Shown here: in pieces, positions 1 to 9,471 of the stretch
How positions within the stretch are numbered: the stretch's first letter is position 1
How the letters are laid out: each line of letters opens with the position of its first letter
DNA from: an uncultured bacterium
GTDB lineage: Bacteria > Myxococcota_A > Polyangia > Polyangiales > Houyiibacteriaceae
Direction: 5' to 3'
DNA: 64,000 nucleotides
Assembly (NCBI GenBank): GCA_938024995.1
Contig: CALJDU010000006.1
Coordinates: 83,052 to 147,051, forward strand
Program-made: the position numbers and the translations under genes
Notes under the pieces: generated by a model
Databases searched by the model: none
Seen by the model: only the letters and a program-made list of their open reading frames with translations
What the model was told of the DNA's origin: nothing

Positions 1-594
1 AGCCGGCTCATCTCGATGCCGCGCTCCACCAGCGCAGCGATCACGGTCTGCGCGCGTTGTTCGCCGAGTCGCTGAGGGCGCCGCTCGCCGCGACTAGCGT
101 GCCCTTGGATCTCGACGATGCGGATCTCGGCGTTTGCGACGAGTGCAGCCGCGATCTGGTCGACCACCGAGATCTGTTCCGCCGGCATGGTCGCCTCGTT
201 CCGACCAAAGCGGACCGTCTCCAGGATCCGAAGCTCGACGCGATCGTCGCCCACGCGCTGTTCCGAGTCTCGACAGCCGTCGTCGTCTTCGTGGCCGTTG
301 AACGGTTCTGGCTCGTTCGGGCAGTGGTCGCAAATGTCAGGAATGTGATCCTGATCGTTGTCGGGATCAGGGCAGCCGTCGCCATCTGCGAACCCGTCAC
401 GATCTTCTGCGTGGCATGGACATCGGTCGTCCACGTCGGGCACTCCGTCGTTGTCGAGGTCGCCTGGCTGTGCAGAACGAACATCTGTGTTCGAGGCTTC
501 TTCTTCGGTCGGGTCGCGGTCTCCAGAAACAGACGTCACGTATGAAGGCGCGCCGCACGAGATGACGAAACCCGCGATCATCAAGATGGGGAGC
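1..594 (-). CDS. OmpA-family lipoprotein with thrombospondin type-3 (TSP3) calcium-binding repeats; C-terminus truncated by window edge
   Basis: Minus-strand frame with no stop inside the window, so absent from the ORF track. It translates to a lipoprotein signal (…ALPILMIAGFVISCGAP), repeated DxDxDGxxDxxDxCP motifs (GDLDNDGVPDVDDRCP…DPDNDQDHIPDICDHCP) and an OmpA C-terminal-like segment (RIVEIQGHAS…RAQTVIAALVERGI). A GTG start lies near 591-594, 17 nt downstream of the SDR gene. Confidence 0.55.
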
Positions 595-610
595 GCCGTC
601 TGCCGCGCCT

Positions 611-1879
611 TCACCACGGCACCTCGGCGAAGTCTTTGAGGAGCACGCCAAAGACCGGCCGCCCCGAAACTCCGCGCGCGATCGGATCACAAATGCGCGC
701 GGCCGCGTCGATCGCGTCGAGCGGCGGACGGAAGCCTTGCTCGTGGGCCCGCTGCTTCTGCTCTTCGGGCGCCTCGTGCGACATCCAGCCTGGGTCCACG
801 CTCACCATATAAACGCCACGCTCCGCGTACGCGTTGGCGCTGGTCTTGGTGATCATGTTGAGCGCGGCCTTGGCCATGTTGGTGTGCGGGTGACGCGAGA
901 GCTTGTCGCCGCGCGTGAACTGACCCTCGAGCGCCGCGACGTTGATGATGTAGCGGTCCGGCGCCTGCGTCTTTTGCATCGCCGGCAAGAGTCGACTGCA
1001 GAGCATGAAGGGGACGATCGCGTTGACGACCTGGCACTCGACCATCTCGACCGTGGGGACGTCTTCGAGATCCAGCACCCAACTGTTCACGCGCCCGTGG
1101 TCAATGTTTCGCAGCGCGCAGGCGGAGGTGGGCAGGAGCGCGAGGGAGGAGGCGGGTTGGCTCTTGCGCTCGATCGGGAGCGCGGGCGCGCGCGTCTCGC
1201 CTTCGTCGAGCGCTTCGTAATAGCTCGGTGGGTGCCAGACCGTTTGAGCCGCGTTGTTGATCAGGATGTCGATCGGCGGACCGGACCGCCAGCGCTCGAC
1301 CTGCTCGATGACATCAGGGAGCGCGCGGAAGTCGAGGCCGACGATCGTCAGGCGATCTCGGAACGAGGCGATGTCCTGTTCGACAGCGTAGCGACGCGCC
1401 GCGTCGGTCGGGAAACGCGTGGTCACCGTGACCTCCGCGCCCGCGCGCAAGAGCCGGAGCGCGGTTTGGTATCCGATCTTGATGCGCCCGCCGGTCACGA
1501 TCGCGCGGCGTCCGCTGAGGTCGGCGGTCAGCTCCCGCTTCGCGCTCGAGACGTCGCCGCACGCCCGGCAGAGCAAGTGGTAAAAGTCGTGCACCTGTCG
1601 GTACGGCTGCTTGCAGACGTAGCAGTTCCGCTCGGCGTGGTACCGCGCGTGCTTCGTTTCGCGCCCTTCCGCGATCGCGACCCGTAGCTCGCGATCGCGG
1701 TTCGCCGCGGCGCGCCTTCGCTTTACCTTCCGCTTCTTCTTGGCTTGCTTGCGCAGAAACGCGGCGGCGTTCTCGACTCTGAGGAAGCGAGGGTCGCTCG
1801 GGTCGAGCGCGCGCAGCTTCTCAAGCGTCGCGAGGCACTCCGTGATCTCCTCGTCGCTCGGCTCTGGCGGATGGGGCAC
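611..1879 (-). CDS. Short-chain dehydrogenase/reductase (SDR) family oxidoreductase with N-terminal Cys-rich extension
   Basis: Rossmann motif AIVTGGRIKIGYQTALRLLRAGAEV; SDR-type NNAA motif. N-terminal ~100 aa are basic/coiled with CYVCK…CRACGD (4 Cys). GTG start. Confidence 0.7.
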   Translation of the reverse strand: MPHPPEPSDEEITECLATLEKLRALDPSDPRFLRVENAAAFLRKQAKKKRKVKRRRAAANRDRELRVAIAEGRETKHARYHAERNCYVCKQPYRQVHDFYHLLCRACGDVSSAKRELTADLSGRRAIVTGGRIKIGYQTALRLLRAGAEVTVTTRFPTDAARRYAVEQDIASFRDRLTIVGLDFRALPDVIEQVERWRSGPPIDILINNAAQTVWHPPSYYEALDEGETRAPALPIERKSQPASSLALLPTSACALRNIDHGRVNSWVLDLEDVPTVEMVECQVVNAIVPFMLCSRLLPAMQKTQAPDRYIINVAALEGQFTRGDKLSRHPHTNMAKAALNMITKTSANAYAERGVYMVSVDPGWMSHEAPEEQKQRAHEQGFRPPLDAIDAAARICDPIARGVSGRPVFGVLLKDFAEVPW

Positions 1880-1959
1880 GGAGCATCATCGCACGCGTCC
1901 GGCAACGTGATCATCTTCGCGTTCCGGAGCCGCGCGCGCGAGATCGATATCCTTCCGCG

Positions 1960-2045
1960 CTCAGCCGCGGGTTCCGGAGCACAGCGGAGAACGCGTGGCG
2001 ATGGCGCCGCAGATGCGGGAACCAACAATATCCTCAGGCCTCTTT
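1960..2045. repeat. Dispersed intergenic repeat, element X plus a truncated Y-like end (gcgggttccggagc.cagcggagaac…ggcgatggcgccgcag.tgcg)
   Basis: About 55 of 60 nt identical to 21304-21365; followed by aaccaacaatat, resembling the Y-element terminus. Confidence 0.5.
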
Positions 2046-2783
2046 GACCATCCGAACGAATGTCCGCATCCCGCGCAGCAGTTCGCGATCGTCCGTGAGT
2101 CGCTCGACCGACTTGGTCATCTCGTTGCAGACGCGGTCAACCTTGTGGTCGAAAGAAGCGAGCTGGGCTTGCTGATGTTGGACCTTGCGCGAGAACCCCG
2201 AGAGCTGCTCATCGGTGGTCTTCTTCTGCTGCTCCTGCATGTTCTCGAACGCGGCCTGGCGGGTCATCAAGGTGTCGACCTTGGTGAGGAGCGAGACGAC
2301 ATCTTCGCGGGGATAACGCGCGCGTTGCCGCATCTCGAGCAAGCGGACCTTGATGTGCGCGTAGACAATCGCGCTGGGTCGCAACAAGGTCGCGAGCAAG
2401 AAGAAGCCCGCGAACCAGTAGCCCAAAGACGAGAACGTCGTGACCGCCAGCGCGACCGCCGCGCAGAGCAGGTGACTCCCGAGAGAGAACGCGAGCAGCC
2501 AGCGCGCGGTCTTCTGCGCGTACTTGATGTCGCTCTGGCTGATCTCCATTTCGCGACGCTGGCTCTCGCGCTGATCGCGGTAAAGCCCACGTGCCTCCAT
2601 GTAGAGGTCCCACGGGAAGCGCAGCACGCTGTAGAGCATGACGACCCCAGCGGTCGCGATCGCGATGTCGAGCCAAGCGACGCCGTCGATGACCACGTTG
2701 GACCACTTGAGGATCGCCAGGCCGATCGCGCCGCATAGGAGCAAAGAGCCGAAGCCGAAAAGGGAGTTGTTGGCGCGTTTCAT
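2034..2783 (-). CDS. Hypothetical membrane protein with C-terminal coiled-coil
   Basis: Internal ATG at 2783 (MKRANNSLFGFGSLLLCGAIGLAI…) gives 249 aa with 4-5 TM segments then a Q/E-rich coiled coil. The upstream part of ORF 2034..3116 overlaps the next gene and is low-complexity. Confidence 0.45.
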   Translation of the reverse strand: MKRANNSLFGFGSLLLCGAIGLAILKWSNVVIDGVAWLDIAIATAGVVMLYSVLRFPWDLYMEARGLYRDQRESQRREMEISQSDIKYAQKTARWLLAFSLGSHLLCAAVALAVTTFSSLGYWFAGFFLLATLLRPSAIVYAHIKVRLLEMRQRARYPREDVVSLLTKVDTLMTRQAAFENMQEQQKKTTDEQLSGFSRKVQHQQAQLASFDHKVDRVCNEMTKSVERLTDDRELLRGMRTFVRMVKEA

Positions 2784-2826
2784 GAGGGGAGTGCCTAGGG
2801 TTGGAGAGAGTGGGAAAGGGAGCTGA

Positions 2827-4671
2827 CTACTCAGCGAGCATCTTGGCGACGACCTGCTCGAGCTCTTTCGCGCGGAGGCCCTCGGGCGCGATCGGGGCGC
2901 CGCACGCGACGCCGATCTTGGAGAACGCGCGGCGCGGCATGGCCCGCATCGGCTTCCCGTTCTTGAAGCTGAAGAAGCTGCCCCAGAGCCCCTTGAGGAC
3001 GACGGGGACGACGGGCACCTGGCGACGCGCGAGGATCTTCTCGACGCCGGGCTTGAAGGGGTTGAGCTGACCGTCGCGGGTGAGCTTTCCTTCCGGGAAG
3101 ATGCCGACCAGGTCACCGCTCGCGAGCGCGTGATCGATCTCGTCGAACGCGGCCTCGAGGAGCTCCGGGTCCTCGCGTCGCGACGCGATCGGGATGGCGC
3201 GCGTTACCTTGAAGAAGCTGTTGAGCACCGGCATCGAGAAGAAGTCGTTGCCCATGACGAAGCGGATCTGGCGCTCGGTCAGGCCGCCCAAGATGAAGGC
3301 GTCGACCCAGGAGACGTGGTTGCAGACGATGAGCGCCGCGCCTTCTTCCGGGATCTGATCGAGGCCCTGGACCTCGACGCGGTACATGAAGCGCACGAGG
3401 CGTCGAATCGCGACGTGGATGACCTCGCGGTGCGTGTGGATGAGACAGACGCCCGCGATGATGACGTTGAGCGAGAAGACCACCGCGAGGCGACCCGCGA
3501 CGCTGACCCCCGCCGCGGCGAGCGCGACCGCGAGGACGGTGGAGACGACCATGAAGCCGGCGTTCATGATGTTGTTGGCCGCGACCACGCGGGACTGCGC
3601 GCCTTCCGGAGCGCGGGCCTGCATCAAGGCGTAGAGCGGGACGATGAAGAGACCGCCCGCGGTGCCGACTCCGACCAGGTCGAGGTAAACGCGCCAGAGC
3701 TGATCACTCGTAAAGACCGAGGCCACGTACGCCAAGTCGAACCCGAAGGCGCTCAAGAGGAGCCCCGCGATCGGGACCAGGGCGACCTCGACTTTGCCGT
3801 GTGTCAGACGCTCACAGAGGATCGAGCCGAGGCCGACGCCCAGGCTGAAGACCGCGAGCAACGTGGTGACGCTCTGCTCGCCTGACGCGCCGGTGACCGC
3901 GAGCACCTCCTTGGCGAGCATCGGGAGCTGCCCAAGGAGGAACGCGCCGACGAACCAGAACCAGCTCGCGCCCAAGATGGAGAGGTGAACCGCCCGGTTC
4001 GAGCGACCGATCGCGAGCGCTTTCTGGGTCGCGCGGAACAGGTTGAGGTCAAGCGGAACCGAGCGCGCGGTGAGCGAAGGCGGCGCGTCGGGGATGAGGC
4101 GAGCGCTCGCGAAACCACAGAGCGCGGTGCCCAAAAGCGCGAGGGTCAGGGCGAGCGTCCCGATGGTCGGGAGCGCGATGATCATGCCGCCCGCGATCGT
4201 GCCGACCAGGATCGAGGTGAAGGTGCCGAGCTCGATCAAGGCGTTGCCCGCGACCAGCTCGCCGTCTTCCAGGTGCTGCGGCAAGACGCCGTACTTCACG
4301 GGTCCGAAGAACGCCGACTGGGAGCCCATCAAGAAGAGCGCGCCGAGTAGGAGCGGGACGCTCTCGATGAAGAAGCCGACGGTCGCGAGCGCCATGACGC
4401 CGACCTCCGCGAGCTTGAGGCCGCGGATGAGCTTCGCCTTGTCGACGCGGTCCGCGATCTGTCCCGCGAGCGCCGAGAACAAAAAGAACGGGAGAATGAG
4501 CAGGGCGGTGCACAGGTTGATCAAGAGCGAGAGCGACGCCCCCGACTGTGCCGCGGCACCAAACGTGAGGACGACAATCAGCGCGCTCTTGAGAACGTTG
4601 TCGTTCAGCGCTCCCAGGAACTGGGTGACAAAGAGCGGGGCGAAACGGCGAGTCTGGAGCAGGCGGAGCAT
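2827..4671 (-). CDS. MFS transporter fused to C-terminal lysophospholipid (PlsC-type) acyltransferase domain (LplT/Aas-like)
   Basis: N-terminal ~400 aa with 12 TM helices of MFS type. C-terminus has the HX4D motif (CNHVSWVDAFIL) and FPEGKLTRDG, an acyltransferase motif III. Confidence 0.65.
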   Translation of the reverse strand: MLRLLQTRRFAPLFVTQFLGALNDNVLKSALIVVLTFGAAAQSGASLSLLINLCTALLILPFFLFSALAGQIADRVDKAKLIRGLKLAEVGVMALATVGFFIESVPLLLGALFLMGSQSAFFGPVKYGVLPQHLEDGELVAGNALIELGTFTSILVGTIAGGMIIALPTIGTLALTLALLGTALCGFASARLIPDAPPSLTARSVPLDLNLFRATQKALAIGRSNRAVHLSILGASWFWFVGAFLLGQLPMLAKEVLAVTGASGEQSVTTLLAVFSLGVGLGSILCERLTHGKVEVALVPIAGLLLSAFGFDLAYVASVFTSDQLWRVYLDLVGVGTAGGLFIVPLYALMQARAPEGAQSRVVAANNIMNAGFMVVSTVLAVALAAAGVSVAGRLAVVFSLNVIIAGVCLIHTHREVIHVAIRRLVRFMYRVEVQGLDQIPEEGAALIVCNHVSWVDAFILGGLTERQIRFVMGNDFFSMPVLNSFFKVTRAIPIASRREDPELLEAAFDEIDHALASGDLVGIFPEGKLTRDGQLNPFKPGVEKILARRQVPVVPVVLKGLWGSFFSFKNGKPMRAMPRRAFSKIGVACGAPIAPEGLRAKELEQVVAKMLAE

Positions 4672-4781
4672 GCCCGTCGATATTGCGAATGCCGTGCCTC
4701 GCCGGAATGACTAAGGAATATTTGATTTACAAGGGGCGTCGAGCGTCGGGTGTACAGATCGATGTACGTTTTATGTACGCG

Positions 4782-5249
4782 CTAACGCTTGGCTTGAACG
4801 ATGTGGAAGAGCGCCATTCCAAGCACGGTGCCCGCGAGGACCACGAGCGCCTCTCGCTGAAGCGTGGCCGCGGTGGTGATCACCGGACCTGGGCAGAAGC
4901 CGCCAAGGCCCCAGCCGATTCCAAAGAGCGCGGCGCCGACGATGAGCGGTCGATCGATCACCGTCTTGGTCGGGAGGTGAAGCCGGCTCCGGAACACGGT
5001 CTCCTTCTTCTTCGCGATCGCGCGATAGACCGGCAGGTAGATCGCGATCGCGCCGCCCATGACGAGACCCAGGCTCGGGTCCCAGCTCTCGAGCCCGCGT
5101 GAGAAGTCGAAGAAGCCGATGACCTTGGACGCCTTTGTCATCCCAGCCAGCGCGAGCCCGATGCCAAAGATGCATCCAGACGCGAACACGGCGTACGCCT
5201 TTTGCGAGCGCTCCTTCTTTCGTTTGGACCTCTTCTTCGCCTTGCTCAT
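4782..5249 (-). CDS. YeeE/YedE family sulfur-compound transporter half (DUF395)
   Basis: GGFCPGP hallmark motif; 4 TM helices. Start taken at internal ATG 5249 (MSKAKKRSKR…); its ATGA overlaps the stop of the upstream paralog. Confidence 0.65.
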   Translation of the reverse strand: MSKAKKRSKRKKERSQKAYAVFASGCIFGIGLALAGMTKASKVIGFFDFSRGLESWDPSLGLVMGGAIAIYLPVYRAIAKKKETVFRSRLHLPTKTVIDRPLIVGAALFGIGWGLGGFCPGPVITTAATLQREALVVLAGTVLGMALFHIVQAKR

Positions 5250-5677
5250 GACAGGCCCCACACGGTGAACGCGGCGGTCGCCATGAAGGTGATGACCGCG
5301 ACGAGCGAACGACGAGAGAAGCGACTGAGCCCGCACACCCCATGACCGCTGGTGCACCCGCCGCCCAGCTGGGTACCGACGCCAACGAAGAGCCCGGCCG
5401 CGAAGAGCTGCGTGGTGCTGCGGTCAATGCCGAAGGTGTAGGCGTCGGGGACCATGGCCGAGATGCCGGCGCCCGAGAACACGAGCCCGATGATGAAGAG
5501 CGCGCGCCACGAGCGATCCGCGCTTCGGCCCGCCAAGAGCTGCCCCGTGATCCCGCTGATGCCCGCGATGCGCCCGTTGACGACCAAGAGCACCGCGGCC
5601 GCGAGGCCGATGAGGGCCCCGCCCGCGAGCGAGGCGTAGGGCGTGAAGTTCTCCATGCGCTTACGTTGCGGCACCAA
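5246..5677 (-). CDS. YeeE/YedE family sulfur-compound transporter half (DUF395)
   Basis: GGGCTSGHGVCG hallmark motif; 4 TM helices; 4-nt overlap with the downstream paralog. Confidence 0.65.
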   Translation of the reverse strand: MVPQRKRMENFTPYASLAGGALIGLAAAVLLVVNGRIAGISGITGQLLAGRSADRSWRALFIIGLVFSGAGISAMVPDAYTFGIDRSTTQLFAAGLFVGVGTQLGGGCTSGHGVCGLSRFSRRSLVAVITFMATAAFTVWGLS

Positions 5678-5730
5678 ACCGCCGCCGTCGAGTTCTCGCT
5701 GCGCTACCCTCTGCGGCTCAAGGAGACCAG

Positions 5731-6774
5731 ATGTTCTTTCGCCAACTTTTTGATCGTGACTCCTCGACCTTCACGTACTTGATCGCGGACGAGGAGACCC
5801 AGGAGGCGGCCTTGGTGGACCCGGTTCGGGATCAGATCGACCGTGACCTCTCGTTGATCGAAGAGCTCGGCTTCACGCTCAAGTACACGTTCGAGACCCA
5901 TGTCCACGCGGACCACATCGCGGCGTCCGGGATGCTCCGAAAGCGAGTCGGGAGCGAGTCCGTGATGGGCGCTCACGCGGGCGCGGCCTGTGCCGACCAC
6001 ATGCTGGGTCACGCGGATCGGTTTCAGTTGGGCAGCGTTGAGGTCGAAGCGCGACACACCCCGGGTCACACCAGCGGCTGCGTCAGCTTCGTCATTCCGG
6101 AAGAGCGCCTGGTCTTTACGGGGGACACGCTCTTGGTGCGCGGTTGTGGCCGGACGGACTTTCAGGAAGGCGACGCGGGGACGCTCTACGACTCGGTCCA
6201 TCAGCAGCTCTACTCGCTGCCGGATCACTTCGCGGTTTACCCAGGTCACGACTATCGCGGCCGAAGCGCGACCTCCATCGGAGAAGAGAAGCGCCACAAC
6301 CCGCGGCTCAAGAGCGAGGTGTCGCGCGACGCGTTCATCGAGATCATGGGCAACCTCAACCTCAGCCAGCCGCGCATGATCGCGGTCGCGGTGCCCGCCA
6401 ACCTGATGTGCGGCCTGGATCCCGAGACCACGCCGTGGGCGGTCGTCACGCACTCGGTCGATGGCGTCCCCGAGGTCGACGTCGCGTGGTTGCGAAGTCA
6501 CCGCGCGGAGGCGCTCCTGATCGATGTCCGCGAAGAAGAAGAGATCGTCGGTGAGCTCAAGATCTTGAGCGACGCCGAGCACGTCCCGCTTGGCATGCTG
6601 GGAGACGTCATGCGCAACGCCGACCGGGACGCGCCGGTCGTGATCATTTGCCGAAGCGGGCGCCGATCGGCCCGCGCGGTGGTCGAGCTCGGGGCGGCCG
6701 GGTTCTCGCGTTGTGCATCGCTCGCGGGTGGGATGATCGCTTGGTATGAGTCTCAGCCCGGCAGCTGCGGATAA
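5731..6774 (+). CDS. Persulfide dioxygenase (ETHE1-like MBL fold) fused to C-terminal rhodanese domain
   Basis: HVHADH metal-binding motif and an MBL fold (HxHxDH…H…D…H). C-terminal rhodanese with active-site loop CRSGRRS. Confidence 0.8.
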   Translation: MFFRQLFDRDSSTFTYLIADEETQEAALVDPVRDQIDRDLSLIEELGFTLKYTFETHVHADHIAASGMLRKRVGSESVMGAHAGAACADHMLGHADRFQLGSVEVEARHTPGHTSGCVSFVIPEERLVFTGDTLLVRGCGRTDFQEGDAGTLYDSVHQQLYSLPDHFAVYPGHDYRGRSATSIGEEKRHNPRLKSEVSRDAFIEIMGNLNLSQPRMIAVAVPANLMCGLDPETTPWAVVTHSVDGVPEVDVAWLRSHRAEALLIDVREEEEIVGELKILSDAEHVPLGMLGDVMRNADRDAPVVIICRSGRRSARAVVELGAAGFSRCASLAGGMIAWYESQPGSCG

Positions 6775-6802
6775 GCGCGGGCTGCCTCAGCAGGAGCGTT
6801 TC

Positions 6803-7948
6803 ATGAAGAAGATGAGTCTCTCGATCAGCCTGGCGTGCGCGCTTGGCTGCGGCAGCGCGACCACGCCCCCCACGTCGCGTGACCACGGGCACCACCACGC
6901 GCATGACGAGCATGACGACCACGGCTCACGGGAGGGCAACGCCGACGGACATCATCACGACTTCAGCGACGTCGCCCGTTACTCCGCGCGCTTCGACGCG
7001 CCGCAGCGCGAAGCGTGGCAACGCCCCGACGAGGTCGTCGCCGCGATGAACATCCAGCCGACCATGACCGTCGCGGATATCGGCGCGGGAACGGGCTACT
7101 TCCTCTCGCGCTTGTCGCGGGCCGCCAGCGAAGGTCAGGTGCTCGCGCTCGACGTCGAGCCGGCGATGGTCGCGCATATGCAAACGCGCGCGGCAGAAGA
7201 GTCGCTGGGTAACATCGAGGCGCGCGAGATCGCGCCCGACGATCCGGGGCTCGCGGCGGGGTCGATCGATCGCGTCTTGATCGTGAACACCTGGCACCAC
7301 ATCGGCGCGCGTGAGGCGTACGCGGCGAAGCTCAGGGAAGCGCTCAAGCCGGGCGGGGAGGTGATGATCGTCGACTTCAATCACGACGCGCCCTTCGGTC
7401 CGCCGGCCCATGCGCGTATCCCGCCCGAGCAGGTAATCGCGGAGCTGAGCGCGGGAGGCTTGGTCGCGACCGCGATCACCGAGTCGCTCCCGCATCAGTA
7501 CATCGTGATCGCGCGGAGCGGATTGGCGCTGCGGAACGAGCGATGGACGAGCGAGCGGATCACGACCTCGGGACAGCCGGACGCGGCGACGCTCGCGCGC
7601 GCTCAACAAGCGGGCGTGACGCAGGTGATCTCGTTGCGACGAGAGTCGGAGCCGGGGTTCGCAGAAGAGCAGGCCACCGCGGCGGAGCTTGGGCTCCAGT
7701 TCGTCTCGATCCCGGTTGATGATGTCGCGGGACTGACGCGCGAGAACGCCACCGCCCTTCACGAAGCGCTCTCCGCGCCGGGCCAGGCGCTCGTCCATTG
7801 CGGTTCCGGAAACCGCGCCGGAGCGCTCTTGGCGTTACGCGCGTTCTTGTTTCAGTCCGCGAGCGTCGAGGACGCGGTGGATGCGGGTCGACGGGCGGGG
7901 CTGACGCGCCTCAGCGGTGAAGTGACGGAGATCCTGACCGGCTGGTGA
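6803..7948 (+). CDS. Lipoprotein: His-rich N-terminal region + class I SAM-dependent methyltransferase + C-terminal DUF442/Blh-type phosphatase-like (CX5R) domain
   Basis: Lipobox LACALGC; HGHHHAHDEHDDHG…GHHHDF; SAM motif I VADIGAGTGYF; C-terminal VHCGSGNRAG (CX5R). Internal ATG 6803 chosen because the longer ORF start at 6746 overlaps the upstream gene. Confidence 0.6.
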   Translation: MKKMSLSISLACALGCGSATTPPTSRDHGHHHAHDEHDDHGSREGNADGHHHDFSDVARYSARFDAPQREAWQRPDEVVAAMNIQPTMTVADIGAGTGYFLSRLSRAASEGQVLALDVEPAMVAHMQTRAAEESLGNIEAREIAPDDPGLAAGSIDRVLIVNTWHHIGAREAYAAKLREALKPGGEVMIVDFNHDAPFGPPAHARIPPEQVIAELSAGGLVATAITESLPHQYIVIARSGLALRNERWTSERITTSGQPDAATLARAQQAGVTQVISLRRESEPGFAEEQATAAELGLQFVSIPVDDVAGLTRENATALHEALSAPGQALVHCGSGNRAGALLALRAFLFQSASVEDAVDAGRRAGLTRLSGEVTEILTGW

Positions 7949-9352
7949 TCAGCAAGCGCCGTGGAAACGCTTGGCCGACGCGGGGAAGATCTTGCCGGGG
8001 TTGAGGATCCCGCGCGGATCAAAGACGTCCTTGATGCGCTCTTGAAGACCGATGAGCGCCGGTGACTGCTCCAAGGGGAGGTAGGGCGCCTTCATGATGC
8101 CGATGCCGTGCTCTCCGCTTAATGTGCCGCGGAGCGTGACGACCTCTTCGAAGAGCGAGCGGATCGCTTGGTCGACCCCGGGTCGCTCATCTTCGTGGTT
8201 CCACAGGAAGTTGACGTGGAGGTTGCCGTCGCCCGCGTGTCCATACGTGGGCATGACGATCTCGTGCCGCTCGGCGAGACCGCGACAGCGCGACAACAAC
8301 GCGGCCATCTGGGATCGCGGCACGACCACGTCTTCGCTCAGCTTGTGGTTCGCTTGCTGACGCAAGGTGTAGCTCAGCTCGCGGCGCGCTCTCCACAGCT
8401 GCGCGCGCTCGCTCGGTGACGTGGCGACCAAGACCTCAAGCGCGCCGGCGTCGATCATCGTGTTGCCGCACGTCGCGACGATCTGGTCAAGCTGCTCTGC
8501 TTCTCCGTCGAGCTCGACCAGCAACATCGCGCGCGACCCCTCGGGAACGTCGAGGCCCACCTGCGGTTTGACGATCGAGAGGGCGACGCTGTCGAGGAGC
8601 TCCATGCAGCGCGGGACGATGCGCTTGGTGATGCTCTGCTGGATCGCGCGCGCGACCGTGTCGTGATCGGGCAAGAAGACGAGCAGGGTGGCGACCGCTT
8701 CGGGTTTCGCGATGAGGCGCAGGGTCGCCTCCGTGATCACGCCGAGCGTGCCTTCGCTTCCGACCATCAAAGACGTGAGGTCGTACCCGGTTACGCCTTT
8801 CACGGTTCGGCGCCCGAGCTGGAGGATCGTTCCATCCGCGAGCACGACCTCCATCCCGAGGACATACTCACGCGTCACGCCGTACTTGAAGGCGCGCGGT
8901 CCGCCAGCGTTCGCGGCGAGGTTCCCCCCCAGCGCGCACGCGTCGAGCGAGTTGGGGTCGGGCGGATAGAAGAGACCGCGCGCTTCCACGGACTCGTGCA
9001 GGTGACCGGTGATGCATCCCGGCTCCACGACCGCGAGAAGGTCGCTCTCTTCGATGCCCTTAAGGCGGTTCATCCCGCCGGTCGCTAAGACGATCCCGCC
9101 GGGGACCGGAACCGCGCCGCCCACTCGTCCGGTGCCTCCTGCGCGGGGCGTGACGGGAACCCGATGTTCATGTGCCGCGCGCAACACCGCAGAGACCTCT
9201 TGTGTGGAAGAGACCCGGACGACCGCGGCGGGAAGTTGTGGCGTGGCGTCGCTCTCGTCGCGGCTAAAGCTCTCCAAGATGTCGGTGTCGCGCACCACCG
9301 CGCCGCTTGGACACGCGCGAGCCATCGCGATCAAGGCTTGGTCGAGTGCCAC
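7949..9352 (-). CDS. glcD: FAD-linked oxidase (glycolate oxidase GlcD / D-lactate dehydrogenase family)
   Basis: FAD-binding PCMH domain (RAGGTG…GG) and a C-terminal FAD-oxidase domain ending …GEHGIG…LNPGKI. Confidence 0.75.
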   Translation of the reverse strand: MALDQALIAMARACPSGAVVRDTDILESFSRDESDATPQLPAAVVRVSSTQEVSAVLRAAHEHRVPVTPRAGGTGRVGGAVPVPGGIVLATGGMNRLKGIEESDLLAVVEPGCITGHLHESVEARGLFYPPDPNSLDACALGGNLAANAGGPRAFKYGVTREYVLGMEVVLADGTILQLGRRTVKGVTGYDLTSLMVGSEGTLGVITEATLRLIAKPEAVATLLVFLPDHDTVARAIQQSITKRIVPRCMELLDSVALSIVKPQVGLDVPEGSRAMLLVELDGEAEQLDQIVATCGNTMIDAGALEVLVATSPSERAQLWRARRELSYTLRQQANHKLSEDVVVPRSQMAALLSRCRGLAERHEIVMPTYGHAGDGNLHVNFLWNHEDERPGVDQAIRSLFEEVVTLRGTLSGEHGIGIMKAPYLPLEQSPALIGLQERIKDVFDPRGILNPGKIFPASAKRFHGAC

Positions 9353-9471
9353 GCCCTGAGCCTGGAGGCTTCCCTGCGATCGTCAAGGATCTTCGTGCAA
9401 ACTCGTTAGCCTCAAAGACACTCATTTGGCCGGATGTTTGAGCGCGGGCTTCCGCGGAGTATCCTGTGTCT

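Noticed and set aside
2209-2738. Long ORFs 1995..2738(+), 2209..2736(-) and 2267..2590(-) overlapping the membrane-protein gene
   Set aside because: Antisense or alternate-frame ORFs of the kind typical for 68% GC DNA. Their translations are Arg/Pro/Ala-rich and low-complexity, whereas the 2034..2783 minus frame has TM helices and a coiled coil.
3130-5102. ORFs 3130..3885(+), 4043..4714(+), 4049..4513(-) and 4771..5427(-)
   Set aside because: They overlap the MFS-acyltransferase and YeeE/YedE genes on the opposite strand or in shifted frames. Compositions are D/E/R-rich junk, with no start context.
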